From Macrostomum lignano (Eukaryota), in the NCBI GenBank assembly GCA_002269645.1, contig NIVC01000479.1, positions 248,001-312,000 on the forward strand: DNA of 64,000 nt, written 5' to 3'. Below the pieces are notes generated by a model. That model saw nothing but the letters and a program-made list of their open reading frames with translations. It was not told the origin of the DNA and did no database searches. The translations under genes and the position numbers were made by a program. Below, in pieces: positions 49,399 to 62,057 of the stretch; the first letter of the stretch is position 1, and each line of letters starts with the position of its first letter.

Positions 49399-49908
49399 TC
49401 AAACTGCGCGACTAGATTGTCTAAAAGAGCCCAACAGAGACATAACGCATAACACGCCAGTCACAATCGTTAGAGCACCATCAATAGAGTACACAATCGT
49501 TAAAACTGACGCATAAGACGGCATTTTATAAATGACAACATTAACCGAAGCGGTCATGTTACACGAATTCAAACGGCACTGATAGTAACCACTGTCACCT
49601 TCCGTAGCCTTTAAACAGTTTAATTTACCATCGTTTGATTGAAACCGGCCTCTCAAAGACAAGCCAGTAATCATAGTGCCATTAGGCGAGTACCATTCCA
49701 ACGAGCTACTATTAAACTTGCTGACGCAATCGCCCACAGCAACAGGCTTTGGCAAACGACAAGAGATTGTGAAGCTGCGACCAATTTCGGCTGAGGTTTG
49801 ATTGAGCGATAAAACTAAATGACTGGCAGCATGAACTGTCTGCTGGCCGAATACTAATATCGACAGAATTAGTGCACTCGCAATCGTTTTGTAAGCTGTG
49901 TAAGTCAT
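49399..49908 (-). CDS. Single-Ig type I membrane protein B (169 aa), paralog of 42143-42913
   Basis: Signal peptide; TISCRL, LEWYSPNG, DSGYYQC; YKMPSY...IVYSIDGAL matches A's YNMPSY...VVYAVDGVL; tail of ~10 aa; pyrimidine tract plus AG just upstream of ATG suggests a 5'UTR intron. Confidence 0.88.
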   Translation of the reverse strand: MTYTAYKTIASALILSILVFGQQTVHAASHLVLSLNQTSAEIGRSFTISCRLPKPVAVGDCVSKFNSSSLEWYSPNGTMITGLSLRGRFQSNDGKLNCLKATEGDSGYYQCRLNSCNMTASVNVVIYKMPSYASVLTIVYSIDGALTIVTGVLCVMSLLGSFRQSSRAV

Positions 49909-51847
49909 TTGTTTGACTGTGACTTAATTACACTGGCATAAAAAAGACAAGTAAATGAAACAAATAGAAATTTTGTTACAGGCTGCAGTTTTTAATACTT
50001 TAACTATCGCGGTTTTTCTAGTATTTTAAATTAATTAGTATAATATCATGCACAATTATTGCATGATATATTCATACATATAATATATATATTGCATGAC
50101 ATATTCATACTCAGGCCACTTCAAATGCCACGTTACTGAGCAGCCTCATCTCGTGATCAATTTTGATCGAAAGCTGGGATATTCATATATTTGTAATAAT
50201 TAACGATATTCTAGCTATTATTCTGATAAACAACTTTGTGTCGTCACTTTATAAGAAGTTTAAATAAAGAATTACCACCTGTTCCGATTTTGCAAATTCG
50301 ATTCTTGGAAAAGAGACGCGTGTAACCTACAACTTTACGATGTAACCTGTATCAAACATACTCTAAAAAGTCCACAAAAGCTGAAAGGTAGCCATATTGC
50401 AATTTCAATTCACCGTACCTACTTAAATACTCGCCAAAGTACAGTTACCCAGGACTAATTTTTCCTATTTTTAGCTCGTGGCTGCTTTCAATAGCTGATT
50501 TGATAGGAGCCACTAGCAACATATCGACTTGAGCAGAGCATCAGTGCCCCAAGTGAGCCCAACGCTGGAAAGACACAAGTGGCAACTTATCTGACACTAA
50601 TCTCGCCTCGCACTGACTATCGAACAGAATGCCTGGAGCAATTCAGACACATGCCAATTAAAAAATGCATTAACTGCAGACATTCTCTCATTTCACCCTT
50701 GACAGTTAATACAGACAGTGGAAAACTTGTCGACTAATGAAACACAGCTTAGTCCAATAGAGAACCGTTACAAGCCATTAAAGGCGATTTCCTATAGGTG
50801 TGAACGATTAATTTGCACTCCGAACCCAATACGTTAACACCCAATTCACACAGGGATAGCTAGTAATATATGCCATGCGAAAGCGAATATACGAATGTAA
50901 ATAGATTATTAAATGCATAACCAGACTGTCAAGGTAAATAATCCAGAACTAATCCTAGTTGATTCAATATGACATGCGCTGTGATCCTAAGCTGATAATC
51001 TAGCAAGTCATTGACAGCACGGGATGGATAATCAGGATATTATTGTCTGAGTTAATAAATCGCTAGATTGAGATTATGCCCCTTTCGTGTGTCTGCAGCT
51101 CTAAGCAGTTTTAAATTCTAAAGATATTTAAAAAAACATTTGCTGGTAAGACAAGGTTTAATGAGTGGCATCGCATAACAATTCAGTCATACGAGCGTAT
51201 GAGCAGGTTGCTATGTAACAAATTCTCGTTGAAAAACACACGATATCATGATAAAATATTCGCCTGCTGTAGCTTACATAGCTATGCACGACTGCTCACC
51301 CTCTGCCTACCCCGTGGAGCTCGTATGCTTTCTGCAGTTCAGTCATGAGACAACGACTGATGCAGAATTGCACAAAGTTCTCAACGCCCGGTTTTCCCTT
51401 TCACTTTCACACAGCTAAAAATAAAGCAATTACTAATTTAACGATTACTAAGCCAAAAAACCCGACACGCCACAAAGAGATTGTAAGCTGTCCACTGACA
51501 GAGACTTGTGTATTTAATTATCCGCCTACAGATCGCCTCGCTTCACACAGAAACAAACTTTCTTTCTAGAAGGTTTATACGGGATAAAAACAAAACTATG
51601 GGAAAGATTGATCGAAAGTTCATTTTGTTGTTTTTGTACGGGTCAATGACAATAGAGAGGAAAGAGGAAAAATAACCAACTAAGTTAAACCCGCACAGAG
51701 GCGTCGTTGGATTGTTCAAATTCAAAGTTAGAGTCGGGACTTCAAAAGTGTCTGTTTTGTATATAGAAATAGACATTCTCTGCTCCCCGATCATTTATCT
51801 TCTATAGTAATTTTCCAACTGATGCGACGTGGCAGAGCTCAAGGCTG

Positions 51848-52186
51848 TTAGTCCAATCCCTTCAGCAGCGAGCCGATGTCAAGATTGTTGATGTCGTGGT
51901 GACGATCCATGGCCTGACCGGCTGGGCGGTAGCCAAGGCGACCCTGCTGCTGTCGCAGCTCCCGCTCTCGCTCCTGACGCTGCATGGACTCCATGAACTG
52001 CTCCCACATAGTCTCAAACTGCTCATCGTTCATCACGGGTCCGGAGGAGCTGCCGCTGGCGCTGGCGCTGCTGCTGGCGCCGCTGCGATGACCGTTGCTG
52101 CCAGATACAACGGCGGTAGCTGGCAGAGCAGTAACAGCAGCAGCCAGGGAAATAGCAACCAACAGATAGAAGGTAAAACACTTCAT
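51848..52186 (-). CDS. Small secreted precursor-like protein (112 aa)
   Basis: Signal peptide MKCFTFYLLVAISLAAAVTA; Ser/Gly linker; acidic/Gln helix; GC-rich codons within AT-rich flanks; no family recognised. Confidence 0.75.
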   Translation of the reverse strand: MKCFTFYLLVAISLAAAVTALPATAVVSGSNGHRSGASSSASASGSSSGPVMNDEQFETMWEQFMESMQRQERERELRQQQGRLGYRPAGQAMDRHHDINNLDIGSLLKGLD

Positions 52187-53267
52187 TATAGAACTTGGGC
52201 TTCGAATTTTTTACAAATAATTTTATCAGCTGTATATTTTGAGCCGTAACTAAATCAAACGAACTGGGTGCAGGACGTGAGAAAATTTCAGTTTTATACA
52301 TAAAACGGCGATGAAAATCTACACTCGGCAAGTTAATCCCTATTGGACAGGCGAGTTCAGATTTTTAAAAAATAAATTTTTAGACAATGGCCATGACTTT
52401 TGATTGGTTTAGCCATGGGGGATGTCAAACTGCTGTTCAATGGCCATAGCAGAGACAAAGTTCTAGAATAGAAAAATAAGCCTATTTCATGCAAAACTAC
52501 TTACAAGTAGCGAGTGAAAAAATATATAACCTACTAAGATACTAATTCACCTGATGTGTATCATATAATAACCACATGAGCACATAGATAACCTTTATGA
52601 CAATAGCCATTTTCATTTAGAGTCCCTCCTGAAATTGGCAGCCACAGTAAAAAAAAATTATTTTAAATTGCATGGCTGAATCTGCATCCACCACTCCTAG
52701 AAGTAGCTTAAGTACATAGGGTACCCTTTCTAGTGCTGCTTTGACCACTCAAGCCAGGTCTTAAATATGCAAAAATGGCTTCCTAGAAAGTGCTGATGTC
52801 AGCTTTAGGAATAGCTAAACGTTGCAGAGTATGAGGTCCAGCAAGTAAGATAGATAAGATAGCAGATGAACCCTTTTACTATTCTAACTATACATGAATC
52901 GCAGCAATAGTGTGCAATGCTGCATTGTTATAGTGCAGTAGCAGCTTGGCATTATGCAGAGTTCTTGCCTGCTATTGTCTCTCTTATGGCACCATTTCTG
53001 TATAATATGGCAATTACAAAACTACCTATAAGAAGGATGTCCACTGCTAAAATACCCAAGGAATTCAAGAAAATGTTGAAACAACCTCTTCCTACTTCTG
53101 AAACCAGTCTTTATTACTTTAGGCCTGGGCTTATCTAGACTAGACTATGTTGGACTGCTTATTCTTCATTGTAAAAAAAGAAATCTAGCATTTGTCACTT
53201 GTTACTATGTCAGACAAACTTTTGAGGCCATTGGGTTAAAACATCAGCACTATAGTCAGTAGATCAT

Positions 53268-53459
53268 CAGGGGCATAGGGAGGGGGATAGGGGGATGTAT
53301 CCCCCCCCCCCAAAGAGCCTGACCAAAACTTTTTTGTTGACATTTGTTGCTATACATGCTACTATGTGACTCTGTCATAGCACTTTTACATTGGTATATC
53401 CCCCATAGAAAATTCACCTTGGTGTATCCCCCCATAGGAAATTCCTGGCTATGCCCTTA
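53268..53459. mobile_element. hAT-type MITE, 192 bp
   Basis: Imperfect TIR CAGGGGCATAG / CTATGCCCTTA; perfect 8-bp TSD TAGATCAT (53260-53267 and 53460-53467). Confidence 0.85.
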
Positions 53460-54474
53460 TAGATCATGTGCATATAAATAGCTTGCTGCTCTATTGTAAA
53501 CAGCTTATGCATGGTGATGTAGGTGCTATCATAGCTTATACCAAGCTTAGAAAGGAATCTTAGTATCATACTCTTAATTTTTATATATAACAGCTTCTAT
53601 GAAGGCCATTGACCTTTAGCTTTGCCTTGGTTGCTAATTTCTAAGGCTATTTAGACTAGGTATGATTTAGGATACTTAATTGACCATAGGAAAAGTGCCA
53701 TAAACTAGCATTCAATGATATGAAAAAGAAAACTGAAGCCAAATTGGCATAGATATTTATAGCCCAATCTAAGCTATATATGTATATAAATGTTAAAATG
53801 AAAATGGTCTTTGAAAGGTTTTGTATAAAAGTTCAATCATACTAATAATTAAAAAAACAATTTCATTAGATAAATAGCAAAATTAGCTATTGGTACATAT
53901 ATAATTTTATTGTATTTAGTAAACCAAATGAACACTTTAAATTGATTATGTAAATAGATAATAGATATCAAAATCTTATTATTAGTCTCAAAGGGACAGT
54001 GAGGGATTCAACATTATAAGCTTAGGTTTATAGTCTCTTAATTGTCTCCATGTTTGTTCTCTCCTATCCTAGGTCCAATATTTGTAACTTTTTTTGCCAA
54101 ATCCAGCTTCTTGATATCATTATAAGCAGAATCACATATCATTTGTATACATAGGTTACTTAGGCTCTAATTTTTTAGCTCAAGTTGATAGGCCCTGTAT
54201 ATTATATGCATAATTACCAAGGTGAAATTTATCCCAAAACAAATAATATACTCTATGCAAAAATAAGTATATATGCATATAAAACTTCATTAATTATTTT
54301 GATCCTAAGAGAGCTTTAGTAAATTATTATTGGCATTAATATTAATAGGTCTACACTTACATTTAAATTCAACAATAGGTCTATATACACTTTTCTGGCA
54401 AAAAATCTACTATTCTATATACTTTTCTTGATCATTTTTTGTTATATTTACTTAATATATAAAGTATACAGTAC

Positions 54475-54977
54475 CAGTGGCATAGCCAGGAATTTTAATT
54501 GAGGGGGGGGGGGAAGGGCCAGGTTGGGTTGGCCTGGCTAGCCATACCTTATGCTATTGCCATTTTTGGCACCACAGACACTCATTTTGGCATTGCAGAC
54601 ACTCATTTTTGGTGCCGCAGGCACTCTTTTTAGTGCTGCAAGCAGTCATTTTGGTGCCACAGGCACTCATTTTGGCACCACAAGCACTCATTTTAGTGCT
54701 ACTAACACTCATTTTAGTGTTGCAAGCCCTCATTTTGGCACCACAGGCACTTATTTTAGTGCCATAGGCACTCATTTTAGCGCCACAGGCACTCATTTTA
54801 GTGCCATAGGCACTCATTTTAGCACCACAGGCACTCATTTTAGTGCCACAGGCACTCATTTTAGTGCCACAGGCACTCAATTGCCTCATGGTTTTTTGGT
54901 ACCCGCCGCGCCCAACCCTATCCCCCAGGCGATTGAGGGGGGGTGCAGCCTCCTAGGCCCCCCTGGCTATGCCACTA
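54475..54977. mobile_element. hAT-type MITE carrying an internal 21-bp tandem array (GGCACTCATTTTAGTGCCACA, ~54575-54880)
   Basis: TIR CAGTGGCATAGCCAGG / CCTGGCTATGCCACTA; decayed 8-bp TSD TACAGTAC/CATAGTAT (5/8, all transitions). Confidence 0.75.
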
Positions 54978-55058
54978 CATAGTATACTTTGACATAATTA
55001 TAAAATATAAAAAATAGACTAATTAGACTGAAACTACTCAATGTAAATAATATTTTTA

Positions 55059-56870
55059 GAGCTTGCATATGCAGCAACCCAAATTGCGGAAGGTTTTCTG
55101 TGTACACCAGCCACATTTTTATTGAATTTTCAATTGTACGCCAACAGATTTTAAATGTACACCAACTTAAAAAATGGTAAAAAAATCAACGAATATTTAA
55201 ATTTAAATTTAAACTACAAAAAATTGATAACGACATGACGATTGTTGTGACAATTCCAATAATTAAAATGATTGGTAAATGAGAAAATATTAGCAGAAAA
55301 AAAGGTTTTTGAAATAACTTAACATAGAAAAAGCACAAAATTCTTTATATTAATTTCTATGCCAGTTGCCATACACCACACTGTACGCCACACTGTACAC
55401 AGCCAAGAAATGTACGCTAGTGTACGCCACGGAAATCAAGTGTATGCCGGAATTTTCCAGCATACACCCCATTGTCTGCAAAATTGGCGGCAACTATCTA
55501 CCTAGTATTTTAATTGCATACATGGTGGCTATCCACCTAGTGCTTTAATTGCATACATGGCAGCTATCTACCTAATACGAAGGGTGTCCAAAAATAGTGA
55601 TACTTTTAACCATAGCTCTTGTTCTATAGCTTCCTGTGATTTAAAATTTTATGAATTGATAGAAGCAAATCTCTTCTACAGACTGTTTTTTTAATTTTTA
55701 AAATTGATACCAGAGAGCAAAAGTTATACCCATGAAAGTAACAGTACCTGTACCATAGAGTTACACAAATTATAGGCTGAGCTTCACGAGATCCATGCCA
55801 AGTAAGCTTCGATGAATTGTTGATTTCGCTTGTCCAACCTGTCAGCGATCTCTCTAATGGTCATTTGGGAGTCCTCATCAAGAAGATTCAGAATGGAGTC
55901 TGCCAGTATATCAGGTCAATGAACGTATGGCCGCCCTGTCCGATGCTGATCTGCCAAGTCAGTCCTTCCCTCGCTGAACTGCTCCATCCATCGATAAACT
56001 GTCATTTTGCTGACCACAGAGGATCCATGCACAGAGCAAAGTTTTGCGTGAATTTCTGAGGCACTATGGCCAGCATCCCAAAGAGTGAAGATAGTACTTT
56101 GCTGAGCAACAACTGAGTGCACATCCATGTGTGTTGTCGAGTATGGGCAATGAAATCAATTGCAAAATGCAAGCTCCTCTGTTTGCAAGTAAAGTAATGA
56201 ATTTAATGCTTTATTTTTCTGCGCATGATTCTGTCCATAGACAAATTTCAGTCAGTCACAGTGAGCATCATTTTGCAATTGGGCTTTGGTATTGCTTAAA
56301 CAAGACATTTATCGATGCCTTCTTAATGAATAAGTGCAGAAGTTGACTATCATAAATTTTGATATAGTTTGTGTAACTCTATGGTACAGGTACTGTTACT
56401 TTTGTGGGTATAACTTTTGTTCTCTGGTATCAATTTTAAAAATTAAAAAAGCAGTCTGTAGAAGAGATTTGTCACTATCAGTTCATAAAATTTTAAATCA
56501 CAGGAAGCTATAGAACAAGAGCTGCGGTTAAAAGTATCACTACTTTTTGGACACCCCTCGTATTTTAATTGTATGCGCGGTAGCTAGTAGTTGGCCACAG
56601 TATAGGCCTAGTGAATTGGACCCTTTCCCTCAAATCCACACATTGCTAGGTCCTTATTTACTAAACCTAATTAAAAATTATTGTTTTTATTTTCTTTTAT
56701 AATTTTTTATCCTATTTATACCATATATACCTAATTTAATCTCAATTCATTGCTATTTTTTATTAATTTAAATATTAATTTAAATAGTATTTGACTTACT
56801 ATATATAAAGATATGGCTACTAAGCATGCAATTAAAACATTGGATAGACAGCTGCTGTGCATACAAGCTC
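55059..56870. mobile_element. Older copy of the GAGCTTGCAT-TIR MITE, interrupted by a mariner-derived element
   Basis: GAGCTTGCATATGCAGC at 55059 and GCATACAAGCTC at 56870; internal sequence around the mariner insertion matches 58570-58900. Confidence 0.6.
55578..56560 (-). mobile_element. Non-autonomous Tc1/mariner element with ~200-bp TIRs and a residual HTH coding fragment
   Basis: TA at 55576-77 and 56561-62; termini CGAAGGGTGTCCAAAAA / TTTTTGGACACCCCTCG; long inverted repeat ~55578-55775 vs ~56365-56560; minus ORF 55916-56128 ASEIHAKLCSVHG...TVYRWMEQFSEGRTDLAD..RTGRP. Confidence 0.92.
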
Positions 56871-57114
56871 TTTGTAATATATAACAGCTATAATAACAAA
56901 CCTATGTAAATGTATTTTGTAAATGTATTGTAAATGTATTTTGTCTATTTGCATTAGGCCTATAATGTAAGGATATTAGATATATAATAGAAAAGATAAA
57001 TCTAAGGACAAAAATTGCAATAGAAACAATATAGACAAATTTTGCTATAGCTAATTTGGCAACAAGTTTTCTATGATTATATAATATATAATAATTGACA
57101 ATTATAAGTATTTC

Positions 57115-58496
57115 CAGTGGTGGCGCAGGAGGGATGAAGGGGCTATAGCCCCTGGGTGACTACTAGTCACTTCCCGCAGGGAATGACTATCCTTTATGCA
57201 AAAAATTCTAAAAATATGCGCAACGCCAGTGTTGGGCAAGTTACTCAAAAAAAGTAACTTGCGTTACTGTAACTTAAGTTACCAATTTTTAAAAAGTAAC
57301 TTACGTTAGCCTAGTAACTTTAGACAAAAACCTGGTAACTTTTAAGTTACTGTCCATTGCTCACTTCCGTTACCGCCATGTTATTAAAATTTACTGCTTT
57401 TTTCACATTGCACATTTTTTCACATTGTTGTTACCGAAATTTGCCATTGGGGATTGGGATTAACCGATTAACAGACAGAGACAGGAATTGGCAACACGAT
57501 GTGAGGCAAGTAGAAGGACCAATGGGCAATGGCAATCAAAAATTAAAATTATAAATGATAAAATATACGAATATCAATAATTCAATAGAGTAAAATAAAT
57601 AGAACTGTATAAAATGGTGTAGTGTACTGCAGTGCCAGTGGAGGGACTTGTGGAGGCTACAGATGAATTTCTTTCTTTGGTTGTTTGTTTGAATCAAACT
57701 TGAAAATTTTTAGTAACGAAAATGGGCCTTTTCATGTAGCTAGTTCTGGTTCCAGAACCAGAACCAATTTGTGAAGTATAACTTTTTGTCTCCATAACTA
57801 GAGGGAGATACGTGCTATAAAGTTTTTATTATTGAATGAAAATCGCTAAGAAGAAAGTGAAAAATTGTGCTAAGTGAGGTTGTTAAGGCAGTCAAACATT
57901 CAACAGAATTAAATAGTTATACTGCTGTTTTTCTTGGAAGATCCCCACCGATTCTGATTCTGGAATTGGTAATATGAAAAGCCTCAATGAAAGGCGAAAA
58001 TATTTTACCAATATTAACAAAGTAAAACATGTTTCAAGTATTTCTTCATTAATTAAGCGCAATACCATATGATACTATTTACTTAATTTTGAATTTAGGA
58101 ATGAAAAATGCAAAAACATGTGACAACTGGCGTACTAGCTAAGCATTTCAGTTTTAAATTTAAATATTGCGATTGTTGCAAAGTAACAGTAACAGACTTC
58201 CGAAATTTAAGTAACTTACCGTTACTCCGTTAGGCCTACTAAAATAAAAAAGTAACTTGCGTAAGGAATGCTTTATGAAAAAGTAACTTGCATTAGGCCT
58301 ACCATTTGCAAGTTACTCGGTAACGGAAGTGCCCAACACTGCGCAAGGCCATAAAAAATTTATGAGATAAGGGCCTATCATTTAGTTCTAAGAATGCTTA
58401 TTGCCAAATGCCAAGGGTAGGAGGGCAAGGAGGATGACCACCCAACCATTGCCCCCTCCCTCCCAACTAAAAGTGCTGCACTACTAGCCGCCACTG
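57115..58496. mobile_element. hAT-type MITE hosting a nested element
   Basis: TIR CAGTGGTGGC / GCCGCCACTG; 8-bp TSD AGTATTTC/AGTAGGTC (6/8). Confidence 0.7.
57227..58341. mobile_element. Nested non-autonomous hAT element, TIR related to 30481-33189
   Basis: 12-bp TIR CAGTGTTGGGCA; 8-bp TSD CGCAACGC/CGCAAGGC (7/8); AGTAAC/GTTACT subterminal repeats. Confidence 0.85.
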
Positions 58497-58552
58497 AGTA
58501 GGTCTATTTCTATTTGATTATCAATAAAATTGGTCAGCACCTATTTATATTG

Positions 58553-58929
58553 AAGAGCTTGCATGCATGGTAGCCATCCACTTAGTGTTTTAATTGCGTG
58601 CACAGTAGCCAATAGTTGGCCACAGTATAGGCCTAGGCCAAGTGAATTTGATCTTTTCCCTTAAATCCCCGCTATGCTGCCCCGCATTGCTTTGCTTTGC
58701 TACTAACTAAACCTAATTAAAAATTATTTTTACTATATCATTTTATCCCACGTATACCTTGTATGCAAATACAATCTCAATTTATTGGTATTTTTTAATT
58801 TGAATAGGCCTATTCATTTAAACAGTATGGGGACATATGGCCTTTATGACTTACTATTATAAGATGTGGCTGCCATGCATATAATTAGAACACTAGGTGG
58901 ATGGCTGCTATGCATGCAAGCTCTTCATG
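58553..58929. mobile_element. MITE with ~45-bp TIRs (AAGAGCTTGCATGCATRGYAGCCATCCAC...), possibly Mutator-like
   Basis: Inverted match of 58553-58600 to 58880-58925; TTTATATTG occurs on both flanks (58544-52 and 58930-38). Confidence 0.7.
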
Positions 58930-60039
58930 TTTATATTGGCCTTGGCCTATTCATTAGCATTAGTTCTGCTTAACATTGTTTTATGCAGAATAGACTAACA
59001 ATATGGCATATGCAGCAATATGCTAGCTTGGCCTCATTTGTACAATACTAATAGAAATGCTAGCATAGTGTGCAATTTTGGGTAATGGCTAGAGTTCCGG
59101 CACTGGAACCCATTTTCTAACAGCTAGGGATCCAGCAGTGCTGTATATATATAGGTTAGCGAAATAAATATGCTTTGCATGTGTCTCTGACTCTGCTATG
59201 TTACCATGCAGTGCACCAAGTTTGATGGAGTTGTTGACGGCTCAGACAGACGGAGTTGATGGATGTGGATTCGTGGAACGGCCGGATGAATTTTCTAAGA
59301 TTAAACTTGTGCCAACTTTCTTAGAACTCTGTTTGATTATAACAAAAGTAGTGTTAATTTGAGTAAACTCTCTCTGCTGCTTTACTCAGGTCTAGGGGAG
59401 ATAAATAGCTATAACTGCGACTAAAGCGATCCTAGCTAATATTGGAACACTGAAGATTTCTGAATCGCAGTTGATCTCGGAGAGAGTTTTTTTGCCGGCA
59501 CATAAAATTAATCAGTTCTGAATTATCGGTTCTGAGGATGACACTTAAGTAAATGTACAGCGTATATGTGGAAGCAATTGTAATCTACAGTGTAAATGCC
59601 CCGCGTGTGCCTAGCAAGAATCTGCATGAGCATGTATTAACGAAAATCCCTTTGTTGGGAAGTGTGCGTTCACCGTTCTCTTTGATAGGGCCGGCACTTG
59701 TGTAAGGGTGGTATTATAATTATTTCCCAACATCATCGGAACCGATGTATTGTCGGTAGGGCGGCCGGCTGCGGTTGTGTTCCTCGAAACCGCGGTGGTG
59801 GCGCAAGAAAGTCAGCGGATCCCTCCAGGAAGGCACTGCTGAAGGCCGCCCTGATCCTCGTCGGTCATGAAGAAGCTTCTTTTCTTTCGTCAATATAATG
59901 ACCAAATATAATTTCCATGTTTCAACTTCTTTGCGATCAGATACGTCGTTGGATGCAACCTCATATCAAAAGCTGGGGGTAAAGAAGCAAACTATAATTG
60001 TGATGCATGCTACGCGAGCGTACTGTTTGCAGTAGTGTG

Positions 60040-61221
60040 TTTAGGTATTTCAAAAGTTCGTAGAAAAGCCGTCTTTGCATAAAGCTATGGCCTTGAAACT
60101 TTTTACAAATACTATTTCATAAATCTATAGCCTGCAGCTAAATTTTCAGCAAAATTGATTGAAATGGCCACCAGAAATCTGCGATCAAACTCTGAACCCC
60201 CACTGCATTTCCTGCGTTCTCCAAGGAGCAGTCAAGAGCCATAATGCTGTTCCTGTTTCGTCGAGGCTCTAGCGCAAATGAAGCTGCTGCTGAGATGAAG
60301 ACTGTACTGCAAGATGAAGCTCCATCCCTCAGCACTGTGAACAAGTGGTTTGGTCGCTTTATAGAGCCGGCCATTTCAATCTGGCTGATGAGCCAGCCAA
60401 GAGAAGGTTGTCCAAGAACATCAACAGACTCATTGAATGTGGCTGCTTTGAACGAGGATGCAAGACTGACGATTGAGAGGATGGAGGAGAGTCTTGGCAT
60501 TGATGCCAAATCGATTTGGAGCCGGATCTTGCACGAAGATCTTGGTGTCACCAAGAAAGCTGCCAAATGGGTGCCACGAATCCTCTCGCCTGAGCGGAAG
60601 CAGCGGAGAATTGATTTCTGCAGAAATTTCCTGGATCAGTTCAAAGATGAAGCATCTGCGAACTTCCAGAACATAGTCACAGGTGATGAAGCCTGGTTCC
60701 ATCAGTACGACCCGCCAACTAAATCACAGTCGATGGTTTGGTCACTCAAAGGAGCCCCACCTCCCAAAAAGGCAAAGCGGGTGAGGTCAGCTGGGAAAAT
60801 CATGTTCGCAATTTTCTTCTCGCCCAGAGGCATCGTGGGCTCAGTGCCTGTTGAGCAAGGCCGCACTGTGACCTCTGATTGGTACGTGACCATCTGCTTG
60901 CCCACTGTGTTCAATTCCATCGCAACTGGCCAGCAGCGCAGGCTGGAAAATTTCAGAAAATCAAGCAGAGCTGCTGCGTGGAAAGTTGTTTGAGACTCAT
61001 GATGAGCTGATTTCTGCTGTGAGTGAGCAGCTCAACTCCATTGAAAAAGCTGATTTTAGAGGTTGCTTTGATAGCTGGCTGCAGCGCATGCGAACGTGCA
61101 TAGAAATCGGTGGCGATTACGTTGAGAGATCAGATTGAGATGCTGATTAATGTGTCACAACCCGCTTTTTGATATCTGCTTGCTTTCTGTCATTTTCTAC
61201 GAACTTTTGAAATGCCCCTCG
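60040..61221 (+). mobile_element. Decayed mariner element (transposase pseudogene, catalytic core partly deleted)
   Basis: ORF 60244-60993 with HTH, KWVPRIL and IVTGDEAWFHQYDP; second Asp and YSPDL motif missing; C-terminus (FDSWLQRMRTCIEIGGDYVE) in another frame; TIR ATTTCAAAAGTTCGTAGAAAA, right end CCCCTCG-TA, left end eroded. Confidence 0.92.
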
Positions 61222-62057
61222 TAATTGTAGAGCTTGTTCCTATCGGGGATGAAGAGCTGTCTCGAGCCCTCTCTCTTGCCAACGACTGAGGGGCAGACAA
61301 AACCCCACTATAACAGTGGCAATTTGGGGCGGAGCAGCTCAGCAACGAACACGTCTTGACTTTCACGCTCTTGTGGTTTGTAATTTTTGTCTCATGGCCC
61401 GGGGACTTCCCTGAGGTTCATAATTGCACAAGGGCCAGCCCTCAAAGGCACAGAAAGTGTACATATCAGACTACTTTGCGAAAGTAAGCGCCGCTGTATA
61501 CACTCTATATGTGAGCCGTGTGCATGAGTCATTCAGAAGATGAAAGAAGTTGTTCAGCCCGAGGGATGCTGCATTTTCGAATTTGCTGTGCTCGAATTTG
61601 TGTTACTCTACCAATAACGCATTTTGATATTTAGCCATAAATTTTTAGGAATCAAATATATTGGCATAATTTTAAAAGCACGAGAAATTAGAAAATTTGA
61701 TCTATTCTTAGATGCAATAAAAATAAGTTCTAGACACGATTTCAAAATACACTGTTTGGACGTATTTTGGGCAGCACTCGTAATAAGACAAAGACATAAC
61801 TATTACAAAGAGAACTTTCAAACCAAAACTTGATTTATTGGATTTAGTTTATTGTTCTCTCAGTCCAGTGGAACATGCAGCTAACCGGAGATTTCAGGAT
61901 CGATTCGTTCAGTCCAAAAAAATCAAAAGACAGACAGGTTAAACTTCATTAAATCAAAACGCAATTTCTTGCTTGTAGTTATTAAAGTGTGTTAGATTTC
62001 ACTGCGATTGCCCAATCTGTCGCTATCCTCGATCTCTCGCTCTCTCTATTCGCGGCT

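Noticed and set aside
59690-59905. GC-rich stretch with short ORFs
   Set aside because: No motif or splice support; lies within the TE nest
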